A stretch of DNA of 64,000 nucleotides. Source: a virus. Positions 58,920 to 64,000 of this stretch are shown here, piece after piece (the stretch's first letter is position 1; the number at the start of each line of letters is the position of its first letter). The position numbers and the translations under genes are program-made. Location: IMG/VR virus record IMGVR_UViG_3300030106_005509, positions 32,001 to 96,000 of that record; one strand, written 5' to 3'. The notes beneath the pieces were generated by a model. It was not told the DNA's origin. It saw only the letters and a list, made by a program, of their open reading frames with translations, and made no database searches.

Positions 58920-59962
58920 TCTTCTATCATCTTCTCTAAAGCTTCCAGACACTTTTCAGCTTGCTCTGGCATCTGCAATTCGTTAAATAGATCGGCTATT
59001 CTGTGAAAATAAGTATGGTTTCTTAAAACCGACTCGTACCCTCTTTGTATGTACGGGAGTCTTTCCTCTGGATTATTGACGTAGTATGAAACCAGCTTTT
59101 CAAATTCTTCTGGAGTTTTTGCGAACACTAATTCTTCGTTTGTGAATACGTCATTCGCCATAGATTCTACATAATCTGAGATACAAAATCCACCACTCAT
59201 CAAGATCTTAAAAGGTCTTTCTATAATATCGTAGCCAAAATCTTGAGAATGTGGCTCGCTGACGTTTGGGCAGACAAGAGAAGATCTAAAAGCGTGTTTT
59301 ACGTTTTCATTTGAGATATGTCCGCAGTACTGAACGACAGGCCAAGAAGATCCGCCAAATATTTTTATATTGAATTTACCTACTGGATTGCACAGCCTAA
59401 TCATGTACGGGTCTAGTCTTTCAGCTTTGTAAGGCCAGTAGCCGCCAATAAAAGTCACATCCGACTTCAAATTGTCTATGACTCCAGAACCAGCATAGTC
59501 AAATACATCGGCCCCATGCATCATAGATACGACTTTAACACCAATCATTTCCCATCTATTGTGGGTGGCTTTCATCCATTTGTCATGATAATGGTTGTGA
59601 ACAAAGTCGGGCTTATCACATTCTCTCTTCAGTCTTTCAACCCATATTGACTCTTCTTTGTTAGCAACCAATATTGGGTATCTGTCTGTGTCTATTTCAT
59701 TCTGCATGTCTCCCCAGTCTGATGCTCGCATCACAACCTTCATCTCTGGGCGTTCTTTTATACAGTTGAATAGAGACCTGTCTAAATTGTAAGTTTGACC
59801 CATGAATATGTCTGGTTCTACTTCATCAAATGCATCGTAAGCAGATTTAGTAGATATATCCCATATAACCACTTGGTGACCTATAGCTTGAAATACTTTA
59901 GCCCAGCCTAGACGTATATAATAATGAGCATGAGGCCCATCGCTTGAAATCATTATTCTCAT
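58916..59962 (-). CDS. CgeB-like (Glyco_trans_1_2) glycosyltransferase
   Basis: DVTFIGGY, ERPFKI..SGGFCISD, YY..NPEER..Y...GY..V...HTYFHR. Confidence 0.75.
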   Translation of the reverse strand: MRIMISSDGPHAHYYIRLGWAKVFQAIGHQVVIWDISTKSAYDAFDEVEPDIFMGQTYNLDRSLFNCIKERPEMKVVMRASDWGDMQNEIDTDRYPILVANKEESIWVERLKRECDKPDFVHNHYHDKWMKATHNRWEMIGVKVVSMMHGADVFDYAGSGVIDNLKSDVTFIGGYWPYKAERLDPYMIRLCNPVGKFNIKIFGGSSWPVVQYCGHISNENVKHAFRSSLVCPNVSEPHSQDFGYDIIERPFKILMSGGFCISDYVESMANDVFTNEELVFAKTPEEFEKLVSYYVNNPEERLPYIQRGYESVLRNHTYFHRIADLFNELQMPEQAEKCLEALEKMIEE

Positions 59963-60678
59963 TTTTTAAGATCCTTAAGAGAGTCTATCTCTTTTATATT
60001 CATGTTCTTAGGCTCAAAAGATTTCAACATCCCTCCAGATCTCATGACAATATTGAAAAGCTCAAAAGGGTACATTTTAGACTTGGTCTTATCTTGACAT
60101 AGACTACTGAAGCTTTCATATTCTTCACCTTCGAGATACGCTATGTGGCACCATTTAGAGTCTAAGCCGTAAGCAAAGTTTGTCGCCACACCATCGACAA
60201 CAGTCACTCCTATTTCCTCGTCATCAAACCTGTTTTTCTTATCAACCAAAACGCAAGACCCGTTTTTGGTCATTCCCTGTATGCAATTTATATTAAAGAT
60301 TAAATCGCCATATATGATTAAAGCATTGTCATTTATAGAGTTGTTTATACCTAGTCTTATGCTTTCGACAATATTTGTCTCTTCGTAAGAATGATTCTCT
60401 ACTATTCTCACTCTTCTGTCTAAAGTTTTTATTATTCGTTCTGACTCAAAACCGACAACCACTATTATGTCGCAAAATTCATAGCTCTTTCTGACATTGC
60501 TAATTATCTTGTCTATTATTGTGTTTGTTTGATTTACAGGCAGCAAGCATTTAGGGCCATAGGATTTCATTCTATGACCCATTCCAGCAGCGGGTATTAT
60601 AACCGTCAACTGCTTATCAGCATCTTTGCCCGCCCCATTGTCTTTTGTGGAGCTTGTAAATCTATTGTACTTTCGCAT
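59959..60678 (-). CDS. sugar- or choline-phosphate nucleotidyltransferase (NTP_transferase)
   Basis: IIPAAGMGHRMKSYGPKCLL, VVVGF, IIYGDLIF, EIDSLKDL. Confidence 0.8.
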   Translation of the reverse strand: MRKYNRFTSSTKDNGAGKDADKQLTVIIPAAGMGHRMKSYGPKCLLPVNQTNTIIDKIISNVRKSYEFCDIIVVVGFESERIIKTLDRRVRIVENHSYEETNIVESIRLGINNSINDNALIIYGDLIFNINCIQGMTKNGSCVLVDKKNRFDDEEIGVTVVDGVATNFAYGLDSKWCHIAYLEGEEYESFSSLCQDKTKSKMYPFELFNIVMRSGGMLKSFEPKNMNIKEIDSLKDLKK

Positions 60679-61456
60679 TTAGCCTTTCATGAAGCTTGTC
60701 CATAACCCTGCCCCAGTTACGCTCCCAGATTCTTTTTTCAACCACAAAACTAGAATTTTCACCATCTGTCCTAACCATAGTTAAGCATTTAGGTACATGC
60801 TGAATAACAAACTTTTCACTTATTCTCATCCAAAGATCATAATCCTCACAAGTTCTCATGGTTACGTCGTAGTAACCAGTAGACTCCTCTGTAGCAACAA
60901 ATGCTTTTTTATTAATAATGCTTCCGCTATGAACTATGCACTCCTCAAGAAGTCTTCTTCTACTGTAAGGCTCTTTATATTCTCGTATGATCTTGCCCGT
61001 ATTCAAATGATGGTTCTCGTAGTCTCCATAAACAACGCCTATAGATTGCATGTCTTGTTTCATTACGTCAACCAGCGAGCTAATTTTGTTAGGAAACATT
61101 TCATCATCAGCATCTAATACCGCATATATATCCGTGTCGTGGAGTGTGTATCTAATTCCTATATTTCTAGCGGAGCTTGGCCCTCCGTTTGCTGTGTTTA
61201 TCGCTACAATCTTGGTGTCAGTATAAAGGTCTTGAGGCCACTTTATTAAAACATCACTATTCTCAAAACAGTCTTTAGCTGGACTATTTATATTTTGCGA
61301 TATCACATCCCAAGAATCATCTGTAGAGCCATCGTTTATAACGCATATGGTCAATGGCCCTTTGTAGTCCTGCTTTAAGCAGCTATCTATAGCTCCCTGT
61401 ATATAATGTGAATCATTGTAACAGGCAAGTATTACGGTTACTCTAAGTTCTTCCAT
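60662..61456 (-). CDS. GT2-family glycosyltransferase
   Basis: VILACYN, INDGSTD, NGGPSSARN.G, LDADD, EDYDLWMR. Confidence 0.9.
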   Translation of the reverse strand: MEELRVTVILACYNDSHYIQGAIDSCLKQDYKGPLTICVINDGSTDDSWDVISQNINSPAKDCFENSDVLIKWPQDLYTDTKIVAINTANGGPSSARNIGIRYTLHDTDIYAVLDADDEMFPNKISSLVDVMKQDMQSIGVVYGDYENHHLNTGKIIREYKEPYSRRRLLEECIVHSGSIINKKAFVATEESTGYYDVTMRTCEDYDLWMRISEKFVIQHVPKCLTMVRTDGENSSFVVEKRIWERNWGRVMDKLHERLNAKVQ

Positions 61457-62261
61457 TTGAAAGTTCTTCTAAGCTCCAAACAACAGAAATTTTACTACCA
61501 TCTTCACTCTGTATACCTTTTATTTTTTCAATAAGCGGCATCCCATAGTTTCCATTTAGATATTTATGCATCGTTGCCTGAGCTGCGTATGGAATATCAT
61601 CATCGGAAAATTTGACGTAAGCTACAGGGTCTAATTCGTCATTAGTTCTTTTATCAAGAAGTTCTACAATGTTAGTGACAGGCTTTTGGCCAGACTTTAG
61701 TACATAGTAATAGCCGTTTTTTATGTGTGAGAAGACAAGGTCAATGCTTCTGAGATTTTCAGCGTCTTTCTCGACTAACTTACTAAGTTTCCAGTCATGC
61801 TCGCTCTCCTCACCAAACACTTTTTGGCAGTTATCAACCATTGTAGTGTACTCCTCTTCTGAAGAGTCTGAAATGATGATATAACTGATTTTATCTTCGA
61901 CAAGTTTAATTTGTTCGATGGTCAAATTAAGATCATCTAGTGTTGAATTCTTGTCAAATAAAACCAAGAAGCCTAAAGGAGGAACGGTTTCTTCCCTCAT
62001 CTTATTTAAAAGGTTAGACTCTTGATCCTCTGATATATCTTTGGATTCTGCCCAATCTTTATCTCTGTAGTGGTTACACCAAGACTCTATAACGAAGAAC
62101 TCGTTTTCTTCCAAGTCTTCTGCTTCGATGATGTCAACGCCTTTTTCTCTGTATTTATCTAGCCTTCCTGTCTTGCAGCCCGTCTGTGTTTTTTCTTCGT
62201 ACTCAGCAAACACACATTCCTTACAAGAAGTGGTCAATTCATTCCCTAAATTGTCGTTCAC
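61443..62261 (-). CDS. hypothetical protein with an N-terminal Cys cluster (CKEC...C...C)
   Basis: 272 aa, overlapping both neighbours. Confidence 0.6.
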   Translation of the reverse strand: MNDNLGNELTTSCKECVFAEYEEKTQTGCKTGRLDKYREKGVDIIEAEDLEENEFFVIESWCNHYRDKDWAESKDISEDQESNLLNKMREETVPPLGFLVLFDKNSTLDDLNLTIEQIKLVEDKISYIIISDSSEEEYTTMVDNCQKVFGEESEHDWKLSKLVEKDAENLRSIDLVFSHIKNGYYYVLKSGQKPVTNIVELLDKRTNDELDPVAYVKFSDDDIPYAAQATMHKYLNGNYGMPLIEKIKGIQSEDGSKISVVWSLEELSNGRT

Positions 62262-62767
62262 GGTCTTTCTCCCTCCACGATCATATTTATACCTTCGATT
62301 CTTTTCTTTGTGATTTTGACACCGTTTGCTTGGAGCAAGCCTATCAAATCTTCTATTTTTCTATGGCTAAGTTTAACACTCCAAGGCTTTTCAAAAGTTC
62401 CATGCACAACCTGATTGAAATCCTCAGTTGTTATCTTGCCGTTTTTAAATATTCTACAGACTTCTTCTATGTCTGTTCCCCCGATTGCTATTTTACCGCC
62501 ATGTCTTAGTCTAGACACCCAATGAGAGACTACCGTTTTAGATTCTTCAAACTGCAAGTAATCTAAAATATCAGCGGCGTAAATCTCTGTGCATTCATTT
62601 TCTTGTGATACTTCGGAAAGATTTCTTATATCAGCTTTAATAACATTTGTCTGATCTTCGTTTCCATTTTCGAGTATGACCTCCTCCCCCATTCTTTGTA
62701 GGGTAGGGTCTATATTAACAAAGCCAGATTTATATCCTGAGCCGCCAAGTGTTATATTTATCTTCAT
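62258..62767 (-). CDS. degenerate methyltransferase-like protein (Methyltransf_11-like)
   Basis: INITLGG....GFVNID, ADIR, EIYA.DILDY, W.SRLRHGGKI. Confidence 0.6.
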   Translation of the reverse strand: MKINITLGGSGYKSGFVNIDPTLQRMGEEVILENGNEDQTNVIKADIRNLSEVSQENECTEIYAADILDYLQFEESKTVVSHWVSRLRHGGKIAIGGTDIEEVCRIFKNGKITTEDFNQVVHGTFEKPWSVKLSHRKIEDLIGLLQANGVKITKKRIEGINMIVEGERP

Positions 62768-62768
62768 C

Positions 62769-63785
62769 TCAACCTCTATATGTCGTATTAGCTGCTTCTT
62801 TAAATATTTGATTCCAAGAGTCGATAAACTTTTTCTCGGAAAATTTTTGTTCTATTGTTTGCCGAGCTTTGAGACCCATCTCTTTTGCTAAGTCTTCGTC
62901 GTTCAGCAGATCTACCAAATGCTGTTTTAATTCATTGGGGTCATTACTAATAAATCCATTTACTCCATGATCTATAACCTCTGGTATCATACACGTTGCG
63001 GTACTAACTACGGCACATCCACAAGACATAGCTTCAAGAAGTGCTGTAGGGACTGGTGATATCGTAGAGGTATTAAGAAATATCCTAGAGTTTTGATAAC
63101 CAGCAACTAGCTCTTCTGTAGAAGAAGCAGGCTCAGAAAGTCCCGGAGTGTCACCTATAACCTTATATGGCAATCCTTGTATGACATCTCTCCATAGGTG
63201 AAATCCACAACACCAATCTCTATTTATCCAGTCATTTACTACAGACAGGATATTATTTTCCCTCTCTCCAGTTCCGTAAGAGAATTTTTCAGAATCAACT
63301 CCGTGCTTGATAACAACGGTATCTTTACCGTCTGGAAGCCATCTCCACTCTTTTATGCTATAGCCAGATATAAAAACGTTTTTGACACCTCTCATATTGT
63401 AAGTTCTTTGTAGTACATCTATTCCCCACTCAGGCATCGGAAGGGTATGTTCTAGGCTTACTAATGGAAGATGCAGTCTTCTGGCTAAAGACTCTGCTAG
63501 TTGAAATTGCCCAAATTTATTTTGTGAGAGGATGAGATCAAAGTCTAGGTTCAGCGGTATCTGTCTGTCTCCTAGATTTTTATCTAACAAGGTATAGTTT
63601 TCTGGTAGCTTTGCGTATGTGTGATTCCATTCTTTGATACCTTTAGCTCTGTACGCATAAAAATTGTGACCAGTTCTTGCCAGAAGAGTTTCATATCTCT
63701 CATGAGTGGGAAATGTTAGTATGTTTAGAGGCTCCACATATTTCCTAGTAGAGGCTCTAATTATGGAGGATACAGCGTTAGTCAT
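62769..63785 (-). CDS. GT4 (Glycos_transf_1) glycosyltransferase
   Basis: HGVD, IFLNTS..SP.P.ALLEAMSCGCAVVST...PEVI.HGVNGF. Confidence 0.85.
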   Translation of the reverse strand: MTNAVSSIIRASTRKYVEPLNILTFPTHERYETLLARTGHNFYAYRAKGIKEWNHTYAKLPENYTLLDKNLGDRQIPLNLDFDLILSQNKFGQFQLAESLARRLHLPLVSLEHTLPMPEWGIDVLQRTYNMRGVKNVFISGYSIKEWRWLPDGKDTVVIKHGVDSEKFSYGTGERENNILSVVNDWINRDWCCGFHLWRDVIQGLPYKVIGDTPGLSEPASSTEELVAGYQNSRIFLNTSTISPVPTALLEAMSCGCAVVSTATCMIPEVIDHGVNGFISNDPNELKQHLVDLLNDEDLAKEMGLKARQTIEQKFSEKKFIDSWNQIFKEAANTTYRG

Positions 63786-64000
63786 TCAAAATATCCTTTA
63801 TGAGCTTGCCTATGTTTTCATGGGAATATTCTTTTGCTCTTTTTATTCCCTCACTCTTCATTGATACGTACTCTTTGTCTCCAGCTTTATACATCTCAAA
63901 GACTTTTCTCATGGCTTTTCTTAATTGATTTACATCAATCGAATACCAATCCTCGTCGCTTGTAAACAGATCTTCAAAGGTGTTTGTCATCCCGTAGACA
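63778..64000 (-). CDS. 3' end of a probable GT-B glycosyltransferase (partial, begins beyond the window)
   Basis: W...D...LRKAMR.VF...G...A..YS.ENIG..I is typical of GT4 C-termini; the frame stays open to the window edge. Confidence 0.5.
   Translation of the reverse strand, partial: VYGMTNTFEDLFTSDEDWYSIDVNQLRKAMRKVFEMYKAGDKEYVSMKSEGIKRAKEYSHENIGKLIKDILND

Noticed and set aside
37405-63413. Short plus-strand ORFs within the minus-strand cluster, including 40252-40509
   Set aside because: They are antisense to well-supported genes; the gap at 40213-40328 is better explained by the coupled 41-aa minus-strand ORF.
1-64000. CRISPR array, tRNA or rRNA genes, IS elements, integrase
   Set aside because: Intergenic gaps are tiny, and I saw no regularly spaced repeats, cloverleaf-like sequences or transposase motifs.
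37865-64000. Bacterial O-antigen/capsule locus or eukaryotic giant-virus origin
   Set aside because: There is no flippase, polymerase or transporter in the window. Composition and CCSGG usage match the tail genes, and SD motifs plus a TMP indicate a tailed prokaryotic virus.
1-64000. Alternative genetic code or stop-codon reassignment
   Set aside because: The standard code gives near-complete coding density with multi-kilobase ORFs, and all three stop codons end genes.

Overview
The window is a 64 kb segment of a large, AT-rich tailed phage genome (Caudoviricetes-like: tape measure gene, Shine-Dalgarno motifs, tightly overlapping genes, no cellular housekeeping genes). It holds two convergent blocks that meet at a bidirectional terminator at about 35827-35864. 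The plus-strand block (1-35801) is a tail morphogenesis module: a 4413-aa tape measure protein (TMP), a LamG-domain protein, several tail/baseplate-like proteins and a 2984-aa cysteine-rich protein. The minus-strand block (35876-64000) has three DNA-metabolism genes, then a cluster of about 30 glycan biosynthesis and modification genes (GTs, RmlB, DegT, formyl- and methyltransferases, Fcl-like, WavE-like, KdoO-like). The strongest candidate for an undescribed system is the TMP. It looks like a polyprotein in which five copies of a conserved 'xxxGG...D(S/T)(V/I)PA(M/L)LTPGEFV...xxxGG' module bracket cargo segments, including a PD-(D/E)xK nuclease-like domain and an ADP-ribosyltransferase-like domain, so it may deliver effectors during DNA ejection. 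The window also appears to avoid CCWGG strongly. All product calls come from motif recognition by eye; no database searches were run.
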